A DNA stretch of 64,000 bases from Planctomycetaceae bacterium (GCA_947459185.1 CANHCU010000003.1:4870-68869), one strand, 5' to 3'. Counted from the first letter of the stretch, positions 1-9,897 are shown. The notes: a model not told the origin generated them from the letters alone. Numbers and translations are program-made.

Positions 1-2
1 AC

Positions 3-692
3 GAGGGCTCCAATCCACGATCGCTCGACCAGCAGCTCCTCAACGTGCTGACTCGCGCCCGCCACGACGCCATCTTTATCCCGTGGCAGTACGTCTGCGC
101 GGACGCGGCCGTGAGCGGCACCCTTGCCTGCCGTCGTGGCTACACCGTTGCCAAGATGCTCGTCGAACGCCGTGTCGACACCAGCGTGGCGTCTTTCTTC
201 ATCGACGACCTTTCTCGACTGAGCCGCAACACGATTGAGTCGCTCCGGGTCGGTGAGCTGGCGGAGATCACGGGCGTCCGGATCATCGGCGCGAGCGATG
301 GCTTTGACAGTTCCGGACAGCAGTCGAAGATCATGCTGCCGATGATGAGCTCATTCAACGAGGTCTTCATCGACCAGCTCAAGTCGAAGGTGAAACGTGG
401 AATGGACGACGCCTTCAGGCGGGGCGACAACATCCAGCCGCCCGGTGTCGGGTATCGGATGGTGCCGGTCACCAACCCCGACGGCAGCCTGGTGTTCACC
501 CACAAGAACACCGTCGAGAAGCGGGCCGAGGTCGATCCTGAAGCCGCCGAATGGATTCGCCGGGGCGCGGAGATGATCGCGAATGAAGGCAAGAGCCCGA
601 TTGATGTCGCGAGGCTGTTCAACGAGCAGAAGGTCGGCAGCAAGCAGACGTGGTCAGACAACCGAGTCCGTACCGTGGCGGCAAGTTTTTAA
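3..692 (+). pseudogene. Large serine recombinase fragment (catalytic resolvase domain plus start of the recombinase domain). The 5' end is off-window and the 3' end is cut off inside a hairpin repeat.
   Basis: The frame is open from the window edge. Motifs RSLDQQL, FFIDDLSRLSRN, IIGASDGFDS, VFIDQLKSKVKRGMDDAFRRG and GYRMV are typical of large serine recombinases. The last codons (VAASF*) are encoded by the repeat starting at 673. No zinc-ribbon or coiled-coil part follows. Confidence 0.65.
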
Positions 693-744
693 CTTGTCCG
701 TGCCCCGGCACGTATTCCACAAGTTAAAAACTCGTGGCCACGGG
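673..744. repeat. AT-cored hairpin repeat, copy 1 (family 1)
   Basis: CCGTGGCGGCAAGTTTTTAACTTGT..ACAAGTTAAAAACTCGTGGCCACGG: 25-nt terminal inverted arms with a 4-nt internal mismatch, around an inner CGTGCC/GGCACG hairpin. Nearly identical to 6700-6772. Confidence 0.85.
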
Positions 745-790
745 CGGGGCAAATTTCGTGCCGAACAGGGTTGTGCCTGGCACCCTTTCG

Positions 791-3700
791 TCACTCCAAA
801 TCCCACTTGGCGGCGAGGTAGGCCATCACGGCGGCCTTCTCTGCGCCGCTGAGCGGACGGTTGAAGACGAGGATCTCGGCGATCGTGCCGTCGAAGAACG
901 TCTGATCAAGGGGCGAGAAGCAGCCCACGCGAACGCTCTTCGCCCAGCGATTGCGGCGTTCGATCATCATCTGTCGTGGCCCACCCGTCTCCTGCCCTGG
1001 GATCGTCACGTCGAACCCGACCAGGTAGTCGTATTCCTTGCCGTCGCTGCCTGTGAGCAGACGGGCGCTCAACGAGGGCTGCCGCGCGTTGGGCGGGTTC
1101 GTGAAGGCGACGAACGCCGTGATGTCGGTCGGACTTTCGGCCAGATCGGGGAGCGTGAGCCGGGTGGAGCGGCCTCCCTCGAACGTCACGCCCGGCTTGC
1201 CGCTGAATCCATCCGCGGTGAAGCGAGGACGGTGTTTTGCGTCCGTCTGTACGGCATGCCGGTCGTGGCCGCTCTTATCTTTCCAGGTGGCGACCAGCCC
1301 CGCGTCATCCCGATCGATCGTTCCGGCATCCGCCGCATCGAGCCAGACCTGCAGGCCACCGCGCAGTTCTGAAGAGAGGCTCAAATCCGCCGCCGGAAAG
1401 GCGACGATGCCGCCGTTGTGCAGATCGTAGGTGGCCCCGCCATTCATCCGCCACGATCGCCAGGCGTCGCAGGAGGCGGCGCGGAGCGTGGCGTTCGCAG
1501 CCAGGAAAGGCGTACGGTCGGGCGCGATGCCAAGCGACGCAAACGGAATCCGCCACTCGCAACTCCAGCCTTTTCCATCTTCCTCCCGGGATGCTTTGTA
1601 GGCGATCTGGCCGACGACCGCAGCGGCCTTTTCGGCCGGCAACTCGGCCACCGCCGGGCACTCGAAATGCCCATCTGGCCAGCCGCGGAACGTCATGATC
1701 GGCCCGGCCGGCGTGTCAAACCGGTTCTGCACGACGATCTCGACGGCATCATCATCGGGCCAGCGGTGCTCCCCCGAAGGTCTGGCCGGTGCCGTCCCTG
1801 ATGCTGCGGATCTCGGTGCACGGACAGCCACATAGAGTGCCTCGTCGTCCTGCCCAAACCAGCAGGTGCCGGTGTGGTCGGACATGGCGGCCCCTTCGAG
1901 TGACCGTGAAAGCGTGATGCCACGAGCCTTCCATTCCGAGAGCGTGCCATCGACGGTAACCGCCGGCCCGCCGGTAGCGGCCGCCCGAAATCGCGTAGCC
2001 ACGGTGAACGGCCTGTCTTTCGGCTCAGACGCGTAGCGATCGGCGGGGCGGTCGCACGGTCGGTTGGTCGCCGCCGGAAAGACCGGACCATGCGGGCCTT
2101 CGCGGGGCGGCACGCCCACGCCCGTCTCATCGATCGGACTGGCGGCCCGTTCCAGCCGCACGCTCTCGATCGTGCCGAGCGGCCCATCGAGCGCCGACCG
2201 CACGACGAGGAAGAGCGGCTGAATTCCGCTGGCTGGCTCGAGCCGCGCTACAAACTCGCGAAAGCGGTCCTTGCCGCCAGTGGCCCGCGGAAACAGCTCG
2301 CCAAGCAAGGCGCCGTCGCGACCGCCAGCCCGCAGTTCCAGCCGCACATCATTTTTCGCAAGCGGGATCGCCCCGCGATACTGCTCGAACCGGAAATACT
2401 CGACCTCGGCCACGGGCGAGCCGTCCTCCGAGATAAACCGCAGATAGACGTCGCGGGTGCCGGTGGCCGACTCCGCGATCTCGCCGGTCGCCTCGCGGAA
2501 GATCTGGATCGAGCCGCCACGCGGGATGTCGGTGACCGTGAGCGGCACAGTGCCGACGAGCGGGCCGTCCGGGGCGTCGAGCCGCGCCTCGATCGACCAC
2601 GGGGCGGTGCCGGTGGTGCCATAGATCGCCCGCAGCCGCCGATACCCGGCGCCAAGCAGCACCTTGTCGTACCGCAGCCAGCCGCCGTTGGCGCCGCGGT
2701 AGACATGCCAGTTGTTCGTGATGCCCTCCATGCCCTTGGCCGCGTCGGCCGTGAGCACGAGTGGATCGGTGGCCTTTTCAAAGCGGGGATGAGTTCGCCC
2801 CGACCGGTCGGTGTTCATCGGCGTCGCGTCGCTTGCCAGCCGCACCACGACCGACTGCCAGTGGTCAGCCTTCGTGCTACCGCACTCGACGCTGCCGAGT
2901 GAAAACCAGTCGCCGTCCTTGAAGCCTTCGAGCCCGCCGGACGTCTTCGCCAGCCCCTCGGAGTGTGCCGCCGCCTGCCCGGTGGAAAATGTCTGCGACA
3001 CCAGCTGCGGCCACCTCGGCCGTGCGGGCGGGTGTTCGAAATCGTGGCCGAATCGGAACGGCCTGCCGTGTGGAAAATCCTCCGCCGTCAGATCGGCGGA
3101 CGTGCGTGTGAACAGACCATGGAAGCGGTTGTTACGGACGGTGACGTTGACGTTTGGCGGGTTGAACCAGATGTCGCGCTGCAGTGAGCCGGGTGCCGCC
3201 CAGAAGAGGTTGTTTCGCACGGAGACGTCGCAGGAGCCGTTGTCGAGGTAGACCATGCCGAGCACGTTCCAGTGCATCGCCGAGATGTCGTAGCAGTCGT
3301 GCATCACGTTGTAGATCAGCTGCGACCGCAGGCCGTTGAGCGTGCCGCCGCTCGAGAAGAAGCCGGTGATGAAGCCGGCATCGCGGGTTTGGAGCATGCC
3401 ATTGTAGAGATGGTTGTGCGCGAAGAGCGTGGCGGCGTAGTCCATCGGGCCCCGGTCGCGGGACTGGAGGCTCGGGCCGTTGCCGTAGAAGTTGAAGAAG
3501 TGTCGGCCGGCGTTCCGCATCGTGTTGAACGTGATCGTGTGGCCGCCGACGAGCCGGTTTTCGTAGTCCTGGAAATCTGAGACGGCGTCGGTGATCGCAT
3601 TGAGGTAGTGGGCCGTGTAGCTCACCTCGTCGAAGAGGCAGTTATGAATGGTGTGGCCGTAGCCACGGAGATGGATGCCGGTGCCCGCGGTCACGCGGAA

Positions 3701-4873
3701 GCTGCAGTTGAGAAAGGCGTTCTCATGGCCTGAAAGATAAATGCCCGTCTCGCCCGAGGTGATCGTGTTGCGGCCCTTTTCGACCTGTCCGATGCCGTAC
3801 TGCCGGGTGAAGTGGGAGAGGTGCGTGAAGTGGCAGCCGTCGACGGTGCAGTGTGCGGAGTCTTCCAGCCGCATCGATGCGGCGACGACGTGCAGCCCCT
3901 CGATCCGGATATGCTCCCGGCCGCTCACATCGAGGGCGACCTGTCGCTTCTTCGCCTCGATAGCGATTGTGGCCATGGTGGCGGGATCGACGCCGGCGGG
4001 CGGAATGAGCAGGAGCGTGTTGTCTTGCCAGTTCCATTCGCCGGGCCTGTCGAGCGCGTTGATGTGGCCCACCAGCATGCCGCGGCCCAGTTGATGATCG
4101 CTGGGATACCGTGCGTCGTTGATTGCCCCGAACCACCAGCCTTGGGTGCGGTCGCCGACTTCCATCTCTCCGTCGCTCGACTGCTCGACCGTTCCCGTCT
4201 GGCCGCACCAGCCCTCATAATGAACGCCGTAGTAGATGGCTCCCTTCCAGTGGTCGGCCGGCTGGCCGGCGAGCAGCGGGCTCGTGACCCGGCCGGGGCG
4301 TTCCTTCCTCGTCTCCGGCGGGATCGAAAACTCACCGAACGTGGGCCAGAGCGGCGACAGATCGCTGACATACATGCCGAGATCCTTGGCGGACTCGTTC
4401 GGATGCCGAGCCTCGATCGTGAGCCGCCCGCCAACAAACACCTGGTTGCGGCCGGTGCCTAGCGTCCAGTCCATCGGGGCCCGCCAGATATTGTTGTCGG
4501 CGTCGTGCAGCTGCCAGCCACCGACGGGGTCGCAGCCGCTGATGACGACTTTTTCGCCCGGATGGGGCCGGACGGTGATCGGCCGATCGGCCGTGCCGCT
4601 GCGGGGGAAGACGACCGTCTCGCGGTAGGTGCCGCCGCGGACGACGAGCGTGTCGCCCGGCCCGAGCCTGTCGACTCCCGCCTGCAGCGTGGCAAGCGGC
4701 TTTTCGGCGGAGCCATCGGCTGCATCGTTGCCGTTGGGAGTGACGAAAATCTCGGCCGCATGGGCAGGCATGGCCAACGGCATGATACCGGTGCCAAACG
4801 AGGCAGCAGTCAGGCCGAGGAACAGGGCCGCGGTGGCAACGCGATGCGAACGGTGTGCCGAAGGCTCACGCAT
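791..4873 (-). CDS. Giant secreted right-handed beta-helix protein with carbohydrate-binding-like modules and a C-terminal LamG/ConA-like domain
   Basis: 1360-aa ORF with a signal-like N-terminus (ALFLGLTAASFGTGIMPLAMPAHA). It has a DUF1565/pectate-lyase-like start (FVTPNGNDAADGS..LQAGVDRLGPGDTLVVRGGTYRE) and a LamG-type tail (FDGTIAEILVFNRPLSGAEKAAVMAYLAAKWDLE). ATG 4873 is preceded by GAGAGGG; the ORF-track start at 4918 is also possible. Confidence 0.8.
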   Translation of the reverse strand: MREPSAHRSHRVATAALFLGLTAASFGTGIMPLAMPAHAAEIFVTPNGNDAADGSAEKPLATLQAGVDRLGPGDTLVVRGGTYRETVVFPRSGTADRPITVRPHPGEKVVISGCDPVGGWQLHDADNNIWRAPMDWTLGTGRNQVFVGGRLTIEARHPNESAKDLGMYVSDLSPLWPTFGEFSIPPETRKERPGRVTSPLLAGQPADHWKGAIYYGVHYEGWCGQTGTVEQSSDGEMEVGDRTQGWWFGAINDARYPSDHQLGRGMLVGHINALDRPGEWNWQDNTLLLIPPAGVDPATMATIAIEAKKRQVALDVSGREHIRIEGLHVVAASMRLEDSAHCTVDGCHFTHLSHFTRQYGIGQVEKGRNTITSGETGIYLSGHENAFLNCSFRVTAGTGIHLRGYGHTIHNCLFDEVSYTAHYLNAITDAVSDFQDYENRLVGGHTITFNTMRNAGRHFFNFYGNGPSLQSRDRGPMDYAATLFAHNHLYNGMLQTRDAGFITGFFSSGGTLNGLRSQLIYNVMHDCYDISAMHWNVLGMVYLDNGSCDVSVRNNLFWAAPGSLQRDIWFNPPNVNVTVRNNRFHGLFTRTSADLTAEDFPHGRPFRFGHDFEHPPARPRWPQLVSQTFSTGQAAAHSEGLAKTSGGLEGFKDGDWFSLGSVECGSTKADHWQSVVVRLASDATPMNTDRSGRTHPRFEKATDPLVLTADAAKGMEGITNNWHVYRGANGGWLRYDKVLLGAGYRRLRAIYGTTGTAPWSIEARLDAPDGPLVGTVPLTVTDIPRGGSIQIFREATGEIAESATGTRDVYLRFISEDGSPVAEVEYFRFEQYRGAIPLAKNDVRLELRAGGRDGALLGELFPRATGGKDRFREFVARLEPASGIQPLFLVVRSALDGPLGTIESVRLERAASPIDETGVGVPPREGPHGPVFPAATNRPCDRPADRYASEPKDRPFTVATRFRAAATGGPAVTVDGTLSEWKARGITLSRSLEGAAMSDHTGTCWFGQDDEALYVAVRAPRSAASGTAPARPSGEHRWPDDDAVEIVVQNRFDTPAGPIMTFRGWPDGHFECPAVAELPAEKAAAVVGQIAYKASREEDGKGWSCEWRIPFASLGIAPDRTPFLAANATLRAASCDAWRSWRMNGGATYDLHNGGIVAFPAADLSLSSELRGGLQVWLDAADAGTIDRDDAGLVATWKDKSGHDRHAVQTDAKHRPRFTADGFSGKPGVTFEGGRSTRLTLPDLAESPTDITAFVAFTNPPNARQPSLSARLLTGSDGKEYDYLVGFDVTIPGQETGGPRQMMIERRNRWAKSVRVGCFSPLDQTFFDGTIAEILVFNRPLSGAEKAAVMAYLAAKWDLE

Positions 4874-4952
4874 TGAAACCCTCTCTGGCGCATGGTGCGG
4901 ATCAATGATGCCGGGCAACCTCCACCCGTAAGTCTCGTTTCTGCGATCGCGG

Positions 4953-4980
4953 CCGCTATTGGAGTTTCCTCCAATAGCGG
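4953..4980. repeat. 7-4-7 palindrome ATTGGAG-TTTC-CTCCAAT, copy A (family 2), 12-bp stem
   Basis: CCGCTATTGGAG TTTC CTCCAATAGCGG lies in the divergent region between the beta-helix gene and the DUF1559 gene. It is followed by GGGCCACCGGGGCGGGGACTACC, which resembles the sequence after copy B. Confidence 0.85.
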
Positions 4981-5108
4981 GCCACCGGGGCGGGGACTAC
5001 CTTGGAGGGAAAAGGGGGCGGACAAGCCCCTTTCGAGTCCGGTCCCCATGAGAAACCAGCCGCCCGGGCCAGTTCAGCCCTACCGGCAACCCCTACGAGG
5101 AGGTCAGC

Positions 5109-6164
5109 ATGCACACGAACCCCGAACGCGAGACTACCGCAGCGCAGTCGGCCATGGAGAGCCTGGGTGGCAGAGGAAGCGTTCCACGACGTCGGAGTGC
5201 GTTTACGCTGGTCGAACTGCTGGTCGTAATCGCGATCATCGGCACGCTGGTGGGCCTGCTCCTGCCGGCCGTGCAGGCGGCCCGCGAGTCAGCCCGGCGA
5301 AGCAGCTGTACCAACAACATCAAGCAGTTGGCCTTGGCGTTGCACAACATCCACGACGCCAAGGGAAAGCTGCCGTTTGCGGCCAATTCGTGTGACACGC
5401 GATACGCAGGAACATGGACACCCAAAGACGCCACCTATCCCTCACGGACATGGAACGTCGACATCATGCCGTTCATCGAGATGGCCGATGTCTATGGCAA
5501 GCTTGACCTCAAGCAGGACATACAAAACTTCGCCGCGAACAAGACCGCCCTGCAGGGCAGGCGGATGCCGGCCCAGGAGTGCCCAAGCAATCCCTTTGCT
5601 ACGGGTCTCCAGATGGCCAACACGAACAAGAGCACGGGCACCAAGGACTGGGACACGTGGTACGGAATCGCGCAGACGCCCGTCGAGTGCTACGCCGTCT
5701 GCGCCGGACCGTCGAACTACGGTAATCTCACGCCGTACGATTGCGCCACATGGTCCTACTGCTGGGACGCGAGTTCCGACTTCTATAACCCGTACTCCGC
5801 CAACGTCCCGGGGATGTTCAGCCCCAATGCGCCGTTTCAGTGCAGGTTCAAAGACGTGCCTGACGGCTTGAGCACCACGATCATGATTGGCGAGCGGAAT
5901 GGCGAACAGGCCGTTCGCGGGGGCGTCTTCAACGCTGTCTGGAGGGCGTTCTTGACCGGGATCAGAATCAACAGCACGACGAAGAGCTTCGCCGATCCGG
6001 GGGCGGTTGCATCGTTTACGCCCGGCTTGAGCAGCTACCATCAGGGAGGCGCGTCGGTTGCGATGGCGGACGGCGCCGTCACGTTTCTCGCCGACGGCAC
6101 CGACTTCGTCGTCTTCAATTACCTCGGTGGCCGCCGTGACGGCCAGTCAGCGAGGCTGCCATGA
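5109..6164 (+). CDS. DUF1559 protein with prepilin-type N-terminal cleavage/methylation domain
   Basis: FTLVELLVVIAIIGTLVGLLLPAVQAARESARRSSCTNNIKQLALALHN is the canonical type IV pilin-like N-terminus plus DUF1559 start. GAGGAGG lies upstream of the ATG. Confidence 0.9.
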   Translation: MHTNPERETTAAQSAMESLGGRGSVPRRRSAFTLVELLVVIAIIGTLVGLLLPAVQAARESARRSSCTNNIKQLALALHNIHDAKGKLPFAANSCDTRYAGTWTPKDATYPSRTWNVDIMPFIEMADVYGKLDLKQDIQNFAANKTALQGRRMPAQECPSNPFATGLQMANTNKSTGTKDWDTWYGIAQTPVECYAVCAGPSNYGNLTPYDCATWSYCWDASSDFYNPYSANVPGMFSPNAPFQCRFKDVPDGLSTTIMIGERNGEQAVRGGVFNAVWRAFLTGIRINSTTKSFADPGAVASFTPGLSSYHQGGASVAMADGAVTFLADGTDFVVFNYLGGRRDGQSARLP

Positions 6165-6640
6165 CGAACATGCCACATCCGTCGAAGACGAACCGCCGCC
6201 CCGCCGCATCGGGTTCGCTACCCTGGCTTCGGCTGGCATCTGCCGGATTGATCGGCATCCTGCTGGCAGGCTGCGGCCCCGGGGTCCCGGCCGGCAAGGT
6301 CAAGCTCACCGGCACCGTGACCTTCGACGGCAAGCCGCTGGTTGCTGGCGTCTTGAACGGCGCCGCGATCAACTTCGCCGCAAAAGAGGGTAACGCCAGC
6401 GGCTCGGCGGCGATTTCGCCCGAGGGAGCCTTCACGGTCTACCTCGAGCCCGGAGAGTATGACGTGGCAGTTCGTGACAACGGGGGCACCGAGCGGGGGA
6501 CGCCCTCAGGAAGCGGTCGGAAGCGAGAATTTTACCCGGAGGTCATCCCCGCCCGCTACACGATGTCCAACACGTCGGGCATATCCATAACCGCCGCGGC
6601 CGACTCCAAGCCGGTGACGATCGCGGTCGAATCGAAATGA
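6161..6640 (+). CDS. Small lipoprotein with a carboxypeptidase-regulatory-like beta-sandwich; the usual partner of DUF1559 genes
   Basis: ATGA overlap with the upstream gene. Lipobox-like LLAGC, then VKLTGTVTFDGKPL..GEYDVAV. Confidence 0.7.
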   Translation: MTNMPHPSKTNRRPAASGSLPWLRLASAGLIGILLAGCGPGVPAGKVKLTGTVTFDGKPLVAGVLNGAAINFAAKEGNASGSAAISPEGAFTVYLEPGEYDVAVRDNGGTERGTPSGSGRKREFYPEVIPARYTMSNTSGISITAAADSKPVTIAVESK

Positions 6641-6699
6641 CTCGCGCGACATGAAAAGGGGACGCAGCCCGTAGTGTTCGGTACGGGATGCGCTGCCCC

Positions 6700-6772
6700 C
6701 CGTGGCGGCAAGTTTTTAACTTGTCCGTGTTCTCGGCACGGATTCCACAAGTTAAAAACTCGTGGCGACGGG
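6700..6772. repeat. AT-cored hairpin repeat, copy 2 (family 1)
   Basis: Same orientation and near-identical sequence to 673-744; only the central loop and a few stem bases differ. Confidence 0.85.
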
Positions 6773-6852
6773 TCGAGGGGCCCGAAAGCCGACGCCTCCA
6801 CCCCCCGTGCAAAAACAGGCTACGATCACGGCTCCGGGAGAGCAGAGAGTTC

Positions 6853-9147
6853 ATGATCGGGACGAGGGTTTTCAGGACGTTGCGCAGGCTCGGCGCGGTC
6901 ATCCTCGCTTGTGCTGGTGCATGGTGCGGCCTGAGTTCATCGCCGGCCGCCGCCATTGGCACAGACACCGCCGCTGACGTGCAGCCGATCGCCGAGGTGC
7001 GGTCGCTTCCCGTCGCGGAGCTGGCGACCAACCCGCCCATCCGAATCCGCGGCGTGGTGACGCTCCGGGACGTCAACAGTATCGTCATCCAAGACGACAC
7101 CGCGGGCATCTATGTCAACTTCGACTTCGCTAGAAAACGCGGCGTGTGGGAAGGCGACGGCATTCCAGACGCTGTCCACGTGGGCGACGAGATCGAGATC
7201 GACGGCACGATCGATCCAGGCGGCTTCTCGCCACCGGTGCTGCCTCGGGAGGTCCGCGTGCTTGGGTCCCAGCCGCTGCCATCGGCCCGCCAGACCGATC
7301 CCGAGCGGTTCTTCAGCGGCGCCGACGACAGCCTGATCATCGAAATCACTGGCGTGGTACACGGCATCACCGACGACGGCTCCGACTGGCGGCTGAATCT
7401 CGAAACGGCCGGCCAGCCGTTCGTGGCAATCGTCACCAAGTCGGCGATTCCTGACGACCCGCAGCAACTGGTTGATGCGGACGTCCGGCTCACGGGCGTG
7501 CCGCTGTCGATCTTCAACACCCGCGGGGAATTTCTCCAGCCGTTGGTGATGGTCGGGCGACCGGAATGGTTCACAATTGCGTCGCCGCCGCCGCATCCGC
7601 CGTTTGACTGCCCACCGGTGGCGATCTCATCGCTGGCACGGTTTCGGCCCGAGCCATTCCGTGGCCACCGCATCCGCACGCAAGGGGTCGTGATCCACAC
7701 CGTCCCCGGGCAGGCCGTGCACCTTCAGGACGGTGCCGGCGGCGTGCGGGCTGCCACGCGGTCGGTCGAGGAGTTCAAACCCGGCGACCGGATCGACGTA
7801 GCCGGCTTCATCGACCGCCGCGGCCGCGTCGCCGGCCTCACCGACGCCGTCCTCCAAAAAACGCATTCCGGGCCGCCGCCCAATCCCACGATGATCACGC
7901 CCGACGAGATTGTGGCCCTGAACACGAAATCCACTCAGTCTGGCGTGATGGCCAGGCCCGGCGACTATGAGGGCTGCCTGATCCGGTTTCCCGCCCGCCT
8001 CCTGGAGGCCCGCGTGAGCAACGACGGCGGTCTCCTCGTGCTCTCGGCCGGCAAGACGAGCGTCGTGGCCGTCGCGGAACTGGCCGATTTTCTCTCTCTC
8101 CGCAGGCTCATGCCCGGCAGCGAACTGGAGGTGACGGGCATCGTGGCCACCGACTGGAAGTTCGACCCGACTCAGTGGCCGGCGACAATCCCCGATCGGA
8201 TGACGCTCATTGTTCGGTCGGCCGACGACGTGCGGCTCGTCCGCAGTCCTTCGTGGTGGACTCCAAAACTTCTGGGCATCCTGCTCGGGGGCGTGGCAAC
8301 GGTGCTGGCCGGGTCGCTCGCGTGGGCTTGGCTGCTGCGGCGACAGGTGAAGGTGCAGGCCGCGCTGCTTGCCGCCGAGATGCGTTCCCGCCGGGATGCT
8401 GCCGTCGAGTTCGATGCCACGCTCAAGGAACGGAACCGCCTGGCCGCCAACCTCCACGACACGCTCCTGCAGACGCTCGGCGGCATCGGCTTCCAGCTCG
8501 ACGCCTGCGAGGGCAGCCGCTCGCAGGATGAGGCGGAGTCGAAGGTGCACTTCGACGTGGCCCGCCGCATGGTGAACCACGCCACTGGCGAGCTGCACAA
8601 CTCCGTCTGGGCGATGCGGAGCCTGCCGATCCGCGAGCAGACGTTTCCCGAGGCGCTCAAGACGCTCGCCGGCCGGATCGGCGAGGGACATGCCGCCCGG
8701 ATCGATGTGCAGACCTCCGGCCAACTCGACGACGTGCCCGACTTTGTGGCGGGCAACCTGCTGCTGATCGTGCAGGAGGCGATCTACAACGCCCTGCGGC
8801 ATGGCCGGCCCAAGACGATCACCGTGCAGGTGAGCGACCACCCGCCGACGCATTCGATCCGAGCGACGGTGCAGGACGACGGTGCAGGCTTTTCGGTCGG
8901 CCGCCAACAGGGCGCGGAGCAGGGGCATTTCGGCCTGCATGGCATGCGGGAACGGGCGGAGCGGCTCGGCGGCAGCCTCTCGATCGAGAGCGAGCCGGGC
9001 GGCGGCACGACCGTCTCGATAGAGGTCCGCCGCCGCGACTATGACCACGACCTCGCGGAGCCGGCAGCAGCCGGTAGCCCGGCCCCGCCTCATATTGGAG
9101 TTTCCTCCAATGGCGACGGGCCTCCGGGGCAGGGTATTCCTCAATAA
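6853..9147 (+). CDS. Sensor histidine kinase (HisKA_3 + HATPase_c) with a large periplasmic N-terminal domain
   Basis: ATG 6853 follows GGGAGAG. Signal/TM segment (LGAVILACAGAWCGL), second TM (LLGILLGGVATVLAGSLAWAWLL), H-box NRLAANLHDTLLQTL, and ATPase motifs (EAIYNALRHG, DDGAGF, GLHGMRERAERLGG). The ORF-track start at 6688 lies inside repeat copy 2. Confidence 0.85.
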   Translation: MIGTRVFRTLRRLGAVILACAGAWCGLSSSPAAAIGTDTAADVQPIAEVRSLPVAELATNPPIRIRGVVTLRDVNSIVIQDDTAGIYVNFDFARKRGVWEGDGIPDAVHVGDEIEIDGTIDPGGFSPPVLPREVRVLGSQPLPSARQTDPERFFSGADDSLIIEITGVVHGITDDGSDWRLNLETAGQPFVAIVTKSAIPDDPQQLVDADVRLTGVPLSIFNTRGEFLQPLVMVGRPEWFTIASPPPHPPFDCPPVAISSLARFRPEPFRGHRIRTQGVVIHTVPGQAVHLQDGAGGVRAATRSVEEFKPGDRIDVAGFIDRRGRVAGLTDAVLQKTHSGPPPNPTMITPDEIVALNTKSTQSGVMARPGDYEGCLIRFPARLLEARVSNDGGLLVLSAGKTSVVAVAELADFLSLRRLMPGSELEVTGIVATDWKFDPTQWPATIPDRMTLIVRSADDVRLVRSPSWWTPKLLGILLGGVATVLAGSLAWAWLLRRQVKVQAALLAAEMRSRRDAAVEFDATLKERNRLAANLHDTLLQTLGGIGFQLDACEGSRSQDEAESKVHFDVARRMVNHATGELHNSVWAMRSLPIREQTFPEALKTLAGRIGEGHAARIDVQTSGQLDDVPDFVAGNLLLIVQEAIYNALRHGRPKTITVQVSDHPPTHSIRATVQDDGAGFSVGRQQGAEQGHFGLHGMRERAERLGGSLSIESEPGGGTTVSIEVRRRDYDHDLAEPAAAGSPAPPHIGVSSNGDGPPGQGIPQ
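9094..9111. repeat. 7-4-7 palindrome ATTGGAG-TTTC-CTCCAAT, copy B (family 2)
   Basis: Core palindrome only (7-bp arms). It lies in the 3' tail of the kinase ORF, 90 nt upstream of the response-regulator start, and is followed by GGGCCTCCGGGGCAGGGTATTCC. Confidence 0.8.
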
Positions 9148-9200
9148 GCTGATCGCAAAAGCCTCCCCGCAAGAACCCTCTCCTACCGGCATCTCCTCCC

Positions 9201-9854
9201 GTGACCACACAAGCCTCTCCTCTGTCGCTTAGCGTGATGCTCGTCGACGACCATCCGGTCATGCGGGTGGGGCTGGCGAACGTGCTCTCGCTCAACCATG
9301 GGTTCCGTATCGTGGCCCAGGCCGATGACGGACGGTCGGCGCTCGCTCTCTGGCGGCAGCATCGCCCCGACGTCTGCCTGCTCGACGTCAGCATGGAACG
9401 GATGGACGGCATCGAGACGCTCCGTCGGCTGCGGGCCGAATTCCCCGAGGCCCGCGTGCTCATGCTCACGTCGTCGAAGGCAGGTGAGGACATGAGCCTC
9501 GCGATGCAGGCGGGCGCCCGCGGCTATCTCACCACGACGGTGCGGCACGACGAACTGGCCGCGGCCATCCGCGCCGTCCACCGGGGCGAGACGATCGGTC
9601 CGCAGATGCCCGCCCCGCCGAAGCTGGCGACGGACGGCCCGCTCTCTCAACGGGAGATCGAGGTGCTCGGCCTCATCCGGCAGGGCTTCAGCAACGACGA
9701 GATCGCGCGGCTCCTCGGTATCTCCGAACGCACCGTCCGCGCCCACGTCACCGCGATCCTCGCGACGCTGTCCGCCGCCGACCGGGCCCAGGCCGTCGCC
9801 ATCGGCTTCGAACTGGGCCTGCTCAAGCTCTCGTCGAAGAAGGCCGGCTCCTGA
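9201..9854 (+). CDS. NarL/FixJ-type response regulator (REC + LuxR HTH)
   Basis: VMLVDDHPVMRVGL, PDVCLLDVSMERMDG and LSQREIEVLGLIRQGFSNDEIARLLGISERTVRAHV. Confidence 0.9.
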   Translation: MTTQASPLSLSVMLVDDHPVMRVGLANVLSLNHGFRIVAQADDGRSALALWRQHRPDVCLLDVSMERMDGIETLRRLRAEFPEARVLMLTSSKAGEDMSLAMQAGARGYLTTTVRHDELAAAIRAVHRGETIGPQMPAPPKLATDGPLSQREIEVLGLIRQGFSNDEIARLLGISERTVRAHVTAILATLSAADRAQAVAIGFELGLLKLSSKKAGS

Positions 9855-9897
9855 CGGAGCGGATCTCGCCTTATCTGTAACCGGCCGCCAGTCCAGC

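Noticed and set aside
673-744. Possibility that the AT-cored hairpins are integron attC sites or serine-recombinase att sites
   Set aside because: The cores (GTTAAAA / TTTTAAC) do not fit GTTRRRY / RYYYAAC. No tyrosine integron integrase is present. The recombinase reading frame is destroyed by the element rather than lying beside it. It is kept only as a generic hairpin repeat.
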